Source: Macrostomum lignano
Lineage: Eukaryota
Length of the DNA: 64,000 nucleotides
Assembly: GCA_002269645.1 (NCBI GenBank)
Contig: NIVC01001380.1
Span: 186,001-250,000 of the forward strand
Direction of reading: 5' to 3'
Position numbers and translations under genes: made by a program. Shown here piece after piece: positions 1 to 12,043 of the stretch (the first letter of the stretch is position 1; each line of letters starts with the position of its first letter). Under the pieces are notes generated by a model. It ran no database searches. It was not told the DNA's origin and saw nothing but the letters and a program-made list of their open reading frames with translations.

Positions 1-1892
1 AATTTTTAGGCATTCTTAGTATACACCTAAACTTTAGTCTAAAAAACCTCTTTGTATACAATACACTAGATACCTTTTTGATGATGGAGTAGTAGGCTAG
101 TAGCTCTAAATATTTAGTCAAAATTATTTGATTTCATAAAATTTCAGAATGACCCTTATCATAATTTTGAATCTCTAGGAAATTTTGGTATCCAATGGAA
201 TTTACTTTAATCAATAATCAAAGTACTAAATTTAAGTTAAACATTAAAACAATAAAAGAGGAACCTAAACTAAACCTAGCTTAATAATTATTAGGGCAAA
301 GATAAAATTTGACAGCAGCAATAAATTTATACTTACTTAGCCTGATTAGAAATATTGCGAACATACAAAACACGATAATTTGTTTTCGACATGTCTTTTA
401 TTTTTGTTTGTAAAAGACTAAAAGCAAATTCAGATTGGATATAGGGATATTATGTAAGACACAGGCTTTGGTTGGGCGATTTAATTGTCAGCTGTATTTG
501 ATATTTTTATTGAATTAATTATTATTATTTAGAATAGTATAGTCTCAAGGAAGTCGCTAAGCCTACACTTTACACCGAGGCTTAAGTGCAGCGTACAGTC
601 GTACAGATTGGCTTGCTGCTACAAAAAATAAAAAGGTTATTAGGTAAAAGTGTAGACCTATCTTAAAATAGCAGATTGGATGAATAGCAATTTTTATAAT
701 AGCCTTAGGAAAGAAAATCACATTAGTGGTTAAATTTGGGTAAATTTTTATCAATTCGGTCAACTAAGGCTGAAGTCCAAGACGACCTAAATATCATTTC
801 ATTGTAAATAGAGTGTTCTCAATAAGCATATGTTTCTCTGAAAGCACGAAAGTCGAAACTAGACAATTTTAAAATATGTTAACAAAGTTTAAAAGTTACT
901 TTTTAAATAATCTAAAAAAAGTTAGTAAATTGTCGCTTTTAAACCAAAAATGTTTCAACAATGTAAAAAATAAATAATGCTGATTTTGTGCAAACCAAAT
1001 TTTTAATATTTTTTTTCCAAGACATTACACGCAAAGAGCACTATCACTTATTAACCTCCTTGACTAATTTATTGGCATCTTGAATAATGAATGAGTGAAG
1101 TGAATCCTATTTAATTAGCGATTTATTCTGAGATAAGCCTAGATGTCATTACAGTACTTTTATACAATTCATACAAGTACTTCCATTCCATGAATATAAC
1201 GATTTCCATTGTAATTTTGAGTGGTAAATCTAAAACTAAAAGCTATGCTAAAATTAAACATGATAAATGAATAAATCGTATTACTCAAATCATTGAGTGT
1301 GCTGTGTGCTATGTGCTAAAGATTGATAAATAAGTAAATGCATTAATATAGAAAGGTCCTCACATGTATTAGGCTTTAATCAAAGTAAACACTTATCTGT
1401 TTTCATTAAAGCAAACTTACATTTTATTGTATACTGTAGTATTCAATTTCCAAGTACAAAAATAACAATTGCAGTCAAATTCTAAAAATGCTATTAACAT
1501 TTCTATTTAGCAATTTTCATTATTAAGAAAAGACTAATTTTTCTTAATAACACATGTTATAATATGTGGAAGTGCTATTTCAATTGATATAAATTAATAG
1601 CATATTTATTTCTTTTTAAAAAATCTGTTGTGCTTTCTATTATTTGAAAAGGTTTCTGTTAGTTTTTAAATATTTTTTGCCTATTTTATTAAGTTGTATC
1701 AAGTAAATAGTTTTTTTCTTTTATTTTTAGCAATAGCATGTTTCTAATATATTGTCATGGATCCAATTATCAAAATGTTCAGTTAGTAGCCACTTAAAAT
1801 CAATTTTTAAATAATGAAATTTAATGTTTTAGCTTTACTTTAAAAAACAAATAAAGTATTTAATTTCTAGATTATTTTATAATATATTATTA

Positions 1893-3498
1893 TACTTTGG
1901 GTGTGTCATAAGTAATGTCACTGATGTGAAAACAGACAAACTTGCAATCGCAGATGAACAAAACCCCTATTGGAATAAGTTTCAAAAACCCACGGACGTG
2001 CAACATGGGTGCCAAAATTGTGCCCTCAAAAGTGCGACACAACACTAAATTTTGTTGACTGGGGGGCGGTGACGCGCGATGCAACACCGATATCTGTTGA
2101 CCGAATGACCAGGGGGGGGAGGACGCCACAGCAGCCACGTTGCAATTGACAATTCCCATTCTGCCATTCACTCCCAACACCGAGACCATGGGGTGAGGGA
2201 CAAGAGTATTCCTTTCAATTTCGCGGAAAAATAAAAGAAATTTAAAAACAATAAACAGTAAAACAACAAAGGTACAACACTTAGAAAAATAGCGCACACA
2301 TTGTAACTAACAAGTAACATTTCTAAAAATTATATTTGAAGTATTAGTTACTTTACCTTCAAAATAATAAAGAACAATTCAAGAACTAGTTATTATCAAA
2401 CATGTTTGAAACATTTAAATACCAAGAAACAACAGTGAACATATTACAATGAAACACAGTTTGCAAGGTTTTGGCTACAGGTCTAGGCCGCGATGCGACG
2501 CAACATACCACTTGACACCACTGTCGCGTGACGCGACACCAGGAGAATCCAAAAATGCGACGGACAGTCGTCCGCATTTTGTCAACTTATTCCAATAGGG
2601 AACAAAACTGTACAAATCAGCAACATAGAGTCCCCCAACATCAATCACCCTCTGGAAATGCTCATACAGCTTGTCCACCTCAGCCTGCAGGTGTTTTTCC
2701 TCCAACTGCCATAACCAGTGCAACGCAGCCTGTTTGACCCCTTCATAGTTTGCAAAACTCTTCTTGGAAAAGTCAGCCTTCAGCCATTTGAACAGGAATC
2801 TCTTGCAAAAGTTGAAGTCCGGGCTGTAGGGACTGTCAGAGCAGATTCACTCGCCATGCAGGCAGAAAATTCGCAACAGCCTTTAGGTGTGCAGCCGTGC
2901 GGTGTCCATCTGCCACAGAACCTTGCCCAGGTGACATAGATTTGACCAGAGAGTGCGCCAGAGGTCCCCAGTGTGCCAGACAAAGTCTATAAAATACTGG
3001 CCATCAACCTTGGTGTTCGGTGGAGTTGTGCAGATAGAGACTCGTTTGTTTGGCATGAAGGCTACCAGCAGCATGGTCTTCTTGTCCGAGATGGACTTCC
3101 TAGTCACCATTGGCCTGAAGTCCCCAGCTCCCAACCAGCAGCAATTATCTGCCTTGCTGCCCTTGCCATCCAGGTGGAGCCAGCTTTCATCCTCAGCAAC
3201 CAGGCAGTTTAGGATGTCATTCAAGCCCAGGCTGCTAAACACCTTGCAGATCTGCTTGGTGCAGGCGTCATGTCGAGATTCATGGTGATTTTTGTTCGCT
3301 GCATAGACAATTTTTCATCGCGTTGCACTTGCTTAATCTGCTTGGCATATTCTTGCGACAGCTTGGGCCATAAACAACCTATGCACTGGTATTGCTTCAC
3401 TAAGTATCTCCTTTGCAGCTACACTACCCACAAGTCCATGTGCCTACATATTTTAGACAGAGGCCTGCAGTGACATTACTTATGACATACCCGAAGTA
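1893..3498 (-). mobile_element. Tc1/mariner DNA transposon, decayed (frameshifted transposase)
   Basis: 31-bp TIRs with 2 mismatches (TACTTTGGGTGTGTCATAAGTAATGTCACTG at 1893-1923; reverse complement at 3468-3498), with TA at both outer ends. Minus-strand transposase fragments: VAEDESWLH, WQMDTARLH, and SPYSPDFNFC (YSPD at 2817-2828) in different frames. Confidence 0.9.
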
Positions 3499-4873
3499 TT
3501 ATAGCTGCTTGGTCTCACTGGGGCGTCCCTAATGGTGGCAAATATTATATTATTAAAAAATATTATTACCAAAGCTAACTAGTACTAATACTAGTAGTAG
3601 TTACTAGTGGTACAACTAAAACTTTGTTGAGGGGGGCTAATTCTAGAAGGTAAAAATTCAAAGTAGAATTGAAGGGGTGGCTTTGTATTTTAGCTAAAAT
3701 ATATTTGGGCCTCCCCCTTTGTTTTTTGTCTCAACCTAAGATGGAGGGGGCAACTGCTCTTTCTGCCCTTACCCCCATTGTCCCATTAGTAGTTATTTGA
3801 TCTGTAAAAGCTTTTTTTGCTAAAAATTTAAATATAATTTGATAAATTAAATTCTTTTTCTAATTTTTTTCATTGAGTTATCTCTAATCAGTTTTAATGC
3901 TATGACTTTTTCAGTTGTATTTATTTTATTTTCAACTGTTGAACATGTCCTATCCTAGTTTATAACTATTATATAATTTTTTATCAAATTTGAGGTAAAA
4001 AATACTTAGACTACTACTAAAATAAGTAGTGTGTTTGTTTCCAAACGCAATCTTTTAAGCTTTGTAGAAAATCAACTTAATTAGATTTTATAAATACATC
4101 TATCATATTAATGATACCTAAGTTAAATTGAAGTTTAAGCTTATTGATAAAAATTGAGACTTTTAATTGCAAGATGTTGATAAACTGAAATCAAGTTGTA
4201 ATTGTTAGGCAATCAACTAGCACATGCTCCTTTAGTTCAGACTTGCCAGTAGAGTGTGATGTTACATGTGTGATAGATGTGTAATATAGATATGTAATAT
4301 AGATGTTACTCTTGTCCTCTCTTAACTATCCTATTGAATGTTGAAGACATTCTTCAAAAGTTCTGAGTATGACTTTTTATTGGCATCCACTCCTAGCCTC
4401 TCTACCCCAGCTCCAAATTTCAGTGCCACAGCAGAGATATAGAGGTATCCACGATTTTTTAGGAACCTCCATATCCCAGAGTGTCTGTCAAATTAAATTA
4501 TAATATAGCATCTATTCATAAATGTATTGTGGATACAGGTCTAGTGCTTAGTGCAACAAACCTTTTAAATCGAGTGGCCTGATTTGATATATCTTGATAT
4601 ATACAGCTATAGTCAATTTTTCAGCTCCTTCCATGTTTCGCCTCGGAGAGAGCCAATGAGGGCCCTGACTGACCCAGTTTTTGATGCCAACCATGCTTAT
4701 TCATGAACAGAACAGGTTACTTAACATAAGTACTTAAAGCACTTAAATCTAGTTATTAAGTCCATATGGAGCGTAGCATATTATTTGTAGTACAATTTCG
4801 CATCTTGTCCTTCGTAGGGACTTCTATTGTTACTCATGAATAATTAATTAGCTGGGATCATTTTCCGTTGCAG

Positions 4874-5944
4874 CCAGGCAGCAAAGAATTGGCAACCAAT
4901 CGGGCTTGTGAAGGCAGCGATGATGGAGACTTTCTCGATGAAGTGCTGATGCTGGAGCAGACTCGGTACAGAGAATCGGTCCAGCTTGGCTCTCAGCATC
5001 AGCAATTTGATTCGAATAGCGAGTTGCAGTCGATTCGAGCTCGGGGTCTGGCTGAGGGCGCGAAAATTGGCTATCGCTTTGGATATTGCCGGGAAATTGC
5101 TCGGATCCTGCTGCAAGAACTGGAGCAGCAGGAACAGCAGCACCTGGAGCAGAAGCAGCAAGACCCGCAAAACCTGGAGCAGAAGCAGCAAGGTCCTGAA
5201 CACCTGGAGCAGAAACAGCAAGACCCGCAACACCTGGAGCAGAAGCAGCAAGGCCCGCAACACCTGGAGCAGAAGCAGCAAGACCCGCAACACCTGGAGC
5301 AGAAGCAGCAAGACCCGCAACACCTGGAGCAGAAGCAGCAAGGTCCTGAACACCTGGAGCGAAAGCAGCAAGGTCCTGAACACCTGGAGCAGAAGCAGCA
5401 AGGTCCTGAACACCTGGAGCGAAAGCAGCAAGGTCCTGAACACCTGGAGCGAAAGCAGCAAGGTCCTGAACACCTGGAGCAGAAGCAGCAAGGTCCTGAA
5501 CACCTGGAGCAGAAGCAGCAAGGTCCTGAACACCTGGAGCAGAAGCAGCAAGGTCCTGAACACCTGGAGCGAAAGCAGCAAGGTCCTGAACACCTGGAGC
5601 AGAAGCAGCAAGGTCCTGAACACCTGGAGCGAAAGCAGCAAGGTCCTGAACACCTGGAGCAGAAGCAGCAAGGTCCTGAACACCTGGAGCGAAAGCAGCA
5701 AGACCCGCAACACCTGGAGCAGAAGCAGCAACACAGAATTAAGCCAAAAGCAGGCCAACTGATCAGGGAACTGGCGCATGCCGTGGACTGCTTTGACCCG
5801 CTAGCCATAGACAGCGGCAACTATCACGATGAGTTGTCAAAAATTGATTTGCTGCTAAAGAAAGTTTGTGTCGCAGTGCCTAATGCGAGACACCTGCTGA
5901 CTTCGGCACCGCAGTTCAGCTCTGCTGTCTCGATGTCGTTTTGA
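4874..5944 (+). CDS. LTO1: LTO1/ORAOV1-like (Yae1_N family) protein with internal 10-aa tandem repeat; N-terminus uncertain
   Basis: DFLDEVLMLEQ..GLAEGAKIGYRFGY..YHDELSKIDLLLKKVC..SMSF parallels the human LTO1 layout as I recall it (DIFDAIVM..HGAKIGSEIG..LHEDLDKI..GLSF). An acceptor-like TTTTCCGTTGCAG ends at 4873; the upstream ATG exon was not found. Confidence 0.72.
   Translation, partial: PGSKELATNRACEGSDDGDFLDEVLMLEQTRYRESVQLGSQHQQFDSNSELQSIRARGLAEGAKIGYRFGYCREIARILLQELEQQEQQHLEQKQQDPQNLEQKQQGPEHLEQKQQDPQHLEQKQQGPQHLEQKQQDPQHLEQKQQDPQHLEQKQQGPEHLERKQQGPEHLEQKQQGPEHLERKQQGPEHLERKQQGPEHLEQKQQGPEHLEQKQQGPEHLEQKQQGPEHLERKQQGPEHLEQKQQGPEHLERKQQGPEHLEQKQQGPEHLERKQQDPQHLEQKQQHRIKPKAGQLIRELAHAVDCFDPLAIDSGNYHDELSKIDLLLKKVCVAVPNARHLLTSAPQFSSAVSMSF
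5141..5730 (+). repeat. 30-bp minisatellite (~20 copies), in frame in the LTO1-like ORF (HLEQKQQGPE)
   Basis: Unit CACCTGGAGCAGAAGCAGCAAGGTCCTGAA and variants recur every 30 bp. Confidence 0.95.
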
Positions 5945-6259
5945 AGCATTCGTTCATTTGTGGTTATGTAATTTAAATCTTTTGTGTCCAATGAAATAGA
6001 TATTTTTTCTATGCTTTCTCTGATCTGGTATTGCAGAATTGTTGTACAGTAAATATACTGAATTTGGAATTTCAATCAATATGTTACCATGGTTGTCAAG
6101 ATGTTAAACAGATGAATATATACTTTAGCTAAACTTTTTATACTTCAACTACATTTACATTTTTATTAAATAGGTTATGAAGTATGATGTGGGCAACTTG
6201 CAACTTCAGGTATTGAAAAGCTTTGAACTTGCCGCCTCAGATGTGGAGAAGTTGTAGCA

Positions 6260-7312
6260 AAACGGTAGCTTCAGGCGTGAGAGATTTCAGAGAAACGGTA
6301 GCTTCAGGCGTGAGAGATTTCAGAGAAACGGTAGCTACAGGCGTGAGAGATTTCAAAGAAACGGTAGCTTCAGGTGTGAGAGATTTCAGAGAAACGGTAG
6401 CTTCAGGTGTGAGAGATTTCAGAGAAACGGTAGCTTCAGGCGTGAGAGATTTCAAAGAAACGGTAGCTTCAGGTGTGAGAGATTTCAGAGAAACGGTAGC
6501 TTCGGGTGTGAGAGATTTCAGAGAAACGGTAGCTTCAGGTGTGAGAGATTTCATAGAAACGGTAGCTTCAGGTGTGAGAGATTTCATAGAAACGGTAGCT
6601 TCGGGTGTGAGAGATTTCATAGAAACGGTAGCTTCGGGTGTGAGAGATTTCATAGAAACGGTAGCTTCAGGTGTGAGAGATTTCATAGAAACGGTAGCTT
6701 CAGGTATGAGAGATTTCAGAGAAACGGTAGCTTCGGGTGTGAGAGATTTCAGAGAAACGGTAGCTTCAGGTGTGAGAGATTTCATAGAAACGGTAGCTTC
6801 AGGTGTGAGAGATTTCATAGAAACGGTAGCTTCAGGTATGAGAGATTTCAAAGAAACGGTAGCTTCAGGTGTGAGAGATTTCAGAGAAACGGTAGCTTCA
6901 GGCGTGAGAGATTTCAAAGAAACGGTAGCTTCAGGTGTGAGAGATTTCAGAGAAACGGTAGCTTCAAGTGTGAGAAATTTCAGAGAAACGGTAGCTTCAG
7001 GTGTGAGAGATTTCATAGAAACGGTAGCTTCAGGTATGAGAGATTTCAGAGAAACGGTAGCTTCAGGTGTGAGAGATTTCATAGAAACGGTAGCTTCAGG
7101 TGTGAGAGATTTCATAGAAACGGTAGCTTCAGGTGTGAGAGATTTCAGAGAAACGGTAGCTTCAGGTGTGAGAGATTTCATAGAAACGGTAGCTTCAGGC
7201 GTGAAACATTTCAGAGAAACGGTAGCTTCGGGTGTGAGAGATTTCATAGAAACGGTAGCTTCAGGTGTGAGAGATTTCATAGAAACGGTAGCTTCAGGTG
7301 TGAGAGATTTGA
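6260..7312. repeat. 33-bp minisatellite (~32 copies)
   Basis: Unit GAAACGGTAGCTTCAGGTGTGAGAGATTTCA(GA/TA). Confidence 0.95.
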
Positions 7313-8117
7313 TATAAATGGCAGCTTCAATCGTGATATTTTGTAAATCTAAGAAATTCTGATTTGGATAAAATTTTATAACATGCTCTTCTGCAGCAAA
7401 TGCCATTACTAGCAAAAATTTATAATTGCATCTATTTCCGATTGAGTTCTGAAAACTATTAAAAAGGCCTCTAAAAGCACTCTAAAACGATGCCTCAGTT
7501 GTCCATGAAATTACTAGCTAACTTCACCATGCACTAAGTGCTAATGGAAAATGTCACTCGAAAACTTTTTATAGTGATGAAGTTTTAATATGCAAGTATT
7601 GTAAGTATACAATTTTATTTTATACTGGAAATTCTTCGCTGCAGTTTCTAGGGCTACAGAAATGTTTTCATATGTATAATAAATGAATTTTTTCGTCTAA
7701 CATCCTACATGTACATGTACGAGTATGTGGCTTAAGACTGACCGGCATGAAATGAAAGCTCTAATTAAAGTTTCAGCACGCCTAAACACACCTATAAAGT
7801 TTTCGTAATCACCCTAAAATGTACGTAGATCGTAGAACAGAATTACGAGTGTAAAACCAAAAATTTCATTGCCATAAGCCTAAATGTACATCATGGAAGG
7901 GGGGGGGTCAGTAGCCCAGTGGTCAGTCTACATGCCTTATGATAAATCAAAGTGAGGGCTGCTGTACACTCCTGTGTGAGTGTGTGCCTTTGTGTATGAC
8001 TGCGTACGTATCTTGCGCGCTTGTGTGCCTGCTCAGGAGAGTCGGCGGAATGGGCAGCAATGCCTCTCGCCTGTTGTTTGACAATGGCGCTTAAAGTGCG
8101 CCAGGGTGCACACTGCC

Positions 8118-8355
8118 CCCTGGTGCTGGCGCCCCTGGTGCTGGCGCCTCTGGTGCTGGCGCCTCTGGTGCTGGCGCCTCTGGTGCTGGCGCCTCGATCT
8201 GGTGCTGGCGCCTCTGGTGCTGGCGCCCCTGGTGCTGGCGCCTCTAGTGCTGGCGCCTCTGGTGCCCCTGGTGCTGGTGCCCCTGGTGCTGGCTCCCCTG
8301 GTGCTGGCTCCCCTGGTGCTGGCGCCCCTGCTTCTGGCGCCCCTGGTTCTGGCGC
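8118..8355 (-). repeat. 15-bp GC-rich minisatellite (CTGGTGCTGGCGCCT), inverted relative to 9279-10742
   Basis: Reverse complement of the AGGCGCCAGCACCAG arrays downstream. Confidence 0.95.
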
Positions 8356-8449
8356 ACACATACACGTACAATTAAAGGTGTACTGCATGTATAGCTATGA
8401 GAGTAAAAATCAGGGGATCGGGCACACATGCAGGGTCAATTCATTTTAT

Positions 8450-8505
8450 ATTGGCTGTAACAGTTACAGCCAATGCCTGCGCACCACCGCAGATGCTTTA
8501 TATAG
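8450..8505 (+). promoter_or_regulatory. Candidate core promoter of the prepropeptide gene (CCAAT boxes + TATA)
   Basis: ATTGG 8450-8454, CCAAT 8470-8474 and TATATA 8499-8504, ~100 bp upstream of ATG 8600. Confidence 0.45.
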
Positions 8506-8599
8506 AACCGATTCAGAGGGCGCTCTTAGCAGCAACAGCTCATCGACAATTTAACAATCAGTAGGTTTGACGTAGAAAAAAATAATTAGCAACAAGACA

Positions 8600-8881
8600 A
8601 TGAGCAAATACACTGGACTTGTCATCATCCTTCTGGCGGCCGTGCTCTGCTCGATCTGTTTGGCTGAGCCGGCCAACAAACATCATCGGCTCGACCGTCT
8701 CTATAGGCGTCTAGTCCGGAATCCCGGCGCCCAGGACTACAACAGCTTTGCCATGGATCCTTTTCTAGGCGGGGACCGGCGCTATAAAAGACGCGGAGCC
8801 GGAGCTGGAGACCAGCAGCTGAACTCGATTGAGGATCGCATATTCTATGGCCATCCGGGACGCAGGTTCAGGCGCTCCTGA
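8600..8881 (+). CDS. Small secreted prepropeptide (neuropeptide/peptide-hormone-like precursor), 93 aa, intronless
   Basis: Signal-like MSKYTGLVIILLAAVLCSICLA; several RR/KRR sites; C-terminal G-RR amidation signal (..IFYGHPG-RR); tandem AATAAA at 8966-8971 and 8974-8979. Confidence 0.85.
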   Translation: MSKYTGLVIILLAAVLCSICLAEPANKHHRLDRLYRRLVRNPGAQDYNSFAMDPFLGGDRRYKRRGAGAGDQQLNSIEDRIFYGHPGRRFRRS

Positions 8882-8965
8882 ACTGCTGGACTGAACATCC
8901 TGAGCCGAGTTATAACAACCGAAAAACACCCTGTTTAGGAGAAGCACTGAATACGAAACAATTCA

Positions 8966-8979
8966 AATAAACTAATAAA
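8966..8979 (+). terminator. Tandem polyadenylation signals of the prepropeptide gene
   Basis: AATAAA twice, ~85-95 nt after the stop codon, followed by a T-rich tract. Confidence 0.6.
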
Positions 8980-9278
8980 TACCTTTTTGTCACATTATTG
9001 GACATTGCAACAGCAAATACGAGCAACCTGAAATTATTTTGCTAATTTTCAACTTTTTTTTATTTCCATGAAAATTCCACGCGGTGGAAACTCCATAGAC
9101 GGTTCTGGTAAAAAACTACACAATAGAGTTATTGTTTAGTTCTTCAGTTGGATGAAATTAGATCTCGCGGAATCTTTGAAATATTATTGTAAAGTTACCT
9201 GCAATCAGTGCCGAAAATTAGGAAGTAGAAGTACAATTTATACAAGCAATTACTTATTGATCTTATACTGTATTTACA

Positions 9279-10183
9279 GCACCAGAGGCGCCAGCACCAG
9301 GGGCGCCAGCACCAGAGGCGCCAGCACCAGAGGCGCCAGCACCAGAGGCGCCAGCACCAGAGGCGCCAGCACCAGAGGCGCCAGCACCAGAGGCGCCAGC
9401 ACCAGAGGCGCCAGCACCAGAGGCGCCAGCACCAGAGGCGCCAGCACCAGTGGCGCCAGCACCAGAGGCGCCAGCACCAGAGGCGCCAGCACCAGAGGCG
9501 CCAGCACCAGAGGCGCCAGCACCAGAGGCGCCAGCACCAGAGGCGCCAGCACCAGAGGCGCCAGCACCAGGGGCGCCAGCACCAGTGGCGCCAGCACCAG
9601 AGGCGCCAGCAACAGGGGCGCCAGCACCAGGGGCGCCAGCACCAGTGGCGCCAGCACCAGAGGCGCCAGCAACAGGGGCGCCAGCACCAGGGGCCCAGCA
9701 CCAGGGGCGCCAGCACCAGGGGCGCAAGGACCAGGGGCGCCAGCACCAGAGGCGCCAGCACCAGAGGCGCCAGCACCAGAGGCGCCAGCACCAGAGGCGC
9801 CAGCACCAGAGGCGCCAGCACCAGAGGCGCCAGCACCAGAGGCGCCAGCACCAGAGGCGCCAGCACCAGAGGCGCCAGCACCAGAGGCGCCAGCACCAGA
9901 GGCGCCAGCACCAGAGGCGCCAGCACCAGAGGCGCCAGCACCAGGGGCGCCAGCACCAGAGGCGCCAGCACCAGAGGCGCCAGCACCAGAGGCGCCAGCA
10001 CCAGAGGCGCCAGCACCAGGGGCGCCAGCACCAGGGGCACCAGCACCAGAGGCGCCAGCACCAGGGGCGCCAGCACCAGTGGCGCCAGCACCAGAGGCGC
10101 CAGCAACAGGGGCGCCAGCACCAGGGGCCCAGCACCAGGGGCGCCAGCACCAGGGGCGCAAGGACCAGGGGCGCCAGCACCAA
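9279..10183 (+). repeat. 15-bp GC-rich minisatellite (AGGCGCCAGCACCAG, ~60 copies)
   Basis: Near-perfect tandem array; its ORFs in all frames (RGAST, PEAPA, LVLAP) are repeat artefacts. Confidence 0.95.
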
Positions 10184-10276
10184 CTGCATGTTTGTCGTTT
10201 TACTTTACAGGTAAGCCAGTCGTCCTTTAAGCGGCACTGAATCGTCGAAAGCGAGAAAAAAAGAGATAAATTTTCA

Positions 10277-10348
10277 TCACAATTTAATTCCAGGCAAGCT
10301 TCCAAATTGAAGCGCAGTTTGCCGTCTGCCGTCGTCAATAAGCAGGTG
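10277..10348 (-). CDS. Possible terminal exon of the Kirrel-like gene (HLLIDDGRRQTALQFGSLPGIKL*)
   Basis: TTTTTAG acceptor and phase-0 compatible with the donor at 12044; no homology support. Confidence 0.25.
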   Translation of the reverse strand, partial: HLLIDDGRRQTALQFGSLPGIKL

Positions 10349-10549
10349 CTAAAAATAGCTGTCATCAACCGTCTGTATGCCTATCTGCCTGCTAACATTA
10401 TTAATCAATTAGCACTGGAAAGCTTCCAGCTCATTCCGAGAAAGCTTTTATAGTCTCAGCCATATGGCCGGGATTAAGTCGCACAGTCAGACAGACTGGC
10501 AGGCGCAGGGGGATCAGAATGGCAGCGGGATTTTTTTATTTGAGCGGTC

Positions 10550-10742
10550 CGGGGCGCCAGCACCAGGGGCGCCAGCACCAGGGGCGCCAGCACCAGGGGC
10601 GCCAGCACCAGGGGCGCCAGCACCAGGGGCGCCAGCACCAGGGGCGCCAGCCCAGGGGCGCCAGCACCAGGGGCGCCAGCACCAGGGGCGCCAGCAACAG
10701 GGGCGCCAGCACCAGGGGCGCCAGCACCAGAGGCGCCAGCAC
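10550..10742 (+). repeat. 15-bp minisatellite, same family as 9279-10183
   Basis: GGGGCGCCAGCACCA units. Confidence 0.9.
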
Positions 10743-11399
10743 TTCCCTCTTGCCCCTCAGGCCACCAGGCTGAAACATCCACAATATTTTTTTCGAAAAA
10801 TAATTTGAACTGTTCAAAAAACGATTTTAGTAGTTTGTGTTTTTAATGAGCAATTTAATTGTTATAACTTTTTTCGTTAAACAATGCCGCCTGTGCATTC
10901 GACAATGGATGACAGAAATGCTTGTTTTTTAGTGAAAAAAACAGAACTCAAAATCGAGTGCAGTTCCAATTAATTAAACAAATTGATTTCTTTCAGGCGC
11001 AATTCCGCGCAAACTGATTAAAAAACAGGCCAGAAAGTCAATTTTTTACAGATACAGCTTTTTTACAGCTATTTATCAATTTCATTTAGTCTAACATTTT
11101 CGCGCAAGGTTAACCAGTAGCTGTGTACAAAAATTAGTCAGGTTAAATTAAGTTAACAAAATCTTAGAAACCAATGAGCGCAAAATGAGATCCTAGACCT
11201 GAATTGACAAAACGATGAAGCAAATCCTTAGAAATGTGGAGTAGATTATAACAAAACAAAAAAATTATCCAACAAATATTCTTGTTGCACTTCAGTTTTT
11301 AATTCGCGAGTTTATTCTTTTAGAAATTTTGTTTTAAACATGCAGTTTTACGATCTTGAACATTTTCCCTGGTAGGAAAATCCCGAATGCTTCAAGAAA

Positions 11400-12037
11400 C
11401 TGCCAAAATCTGCTATGGAAACTGCCGAAATCTACTGTGGAAACTACCCGAATTCGATTTTAGAATTTGCCAAAATGTACTACAGAAACTGCCTAAATAT
11501 ACTATAGAAGCTTCCAATATCTGCTATGGAAACTGCCAAAACGTTCTATAGAAACTGCCAATATCTACTATGGAAACTGCCGGAATCTAGCATGGAAACT
11601 GCCAAACTGCCAAAATCTGCCCTAGAAACTGCCAAAATCTGCTCTATAAACTGCCAAAATCTGCTCTAGAAACTGCCAAAATCTGCCCTAGAAACTGCCA
11701 AAATCTGCTCTAGAAACTGCCAAAATCTGCTATAGAAACTGCCAAGATCTGCTCTAGAAACCGCCAAAATCTGCTATAGAAACTGCCCGAATTCGATTAT
11801 AGAAACTGCCAAAATCTCTGCTATAGAAACTGCCCGAATTCGATTATAGAAACTGCCAAAATCTGCTCTAGAAACTGCCAAAATCTGCTCTAGAAACTGC
11901 CAAAATCTGCTCTAGAAATTGCCAAAATCTGCTCTAGAAACTGCCAAAATCTGCTCTAGATAATACCAAAATCTGCTCTAGAAACTGCCCGAATTCGATT
12001 ATAGAAACTGCCAAAATCTACCACAGAAACTGCCAAA
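11400..12037. repeat. 22-bp minisatellite (TAGAAACTGCCAAAATCTGCTC)
   Basis: 22-bp periodicity; abuts the donor at 12044. Confidence 0.9.
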
Positions 12038-12043
12038 CTAAAC

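Noticed and set aside
563-763. 66-aa ORF in the AT-rich start of the window
   Set aside because: Non-ATG start, no recognisable motif, background composition.
4331-4484. Possible minus-strand terminal exon (HSGIWRFLKNRGYLYISAVALKFGAGVERLG..NIQ*)
   Set aside because: It has an acceptor and a 50-aa open frame, but I found no phase-compatible upstream exon and recognise no homology. Worth a BLASTX, but not supportable as a feature.
6223-7415. Long ORFs on both strands (ETVASGVRDFR / KSLTPEATVS)
   Set aside because: They arise from a 33-bp (multiple of 3) stop-free array with no unique coding flanks. The same applies to the ORFs over the arrays at 9-10.7, 19.9-20.3, 23.7-26.5, 27, 32-34, 35-36.5, 39, 41 and 50 kb.
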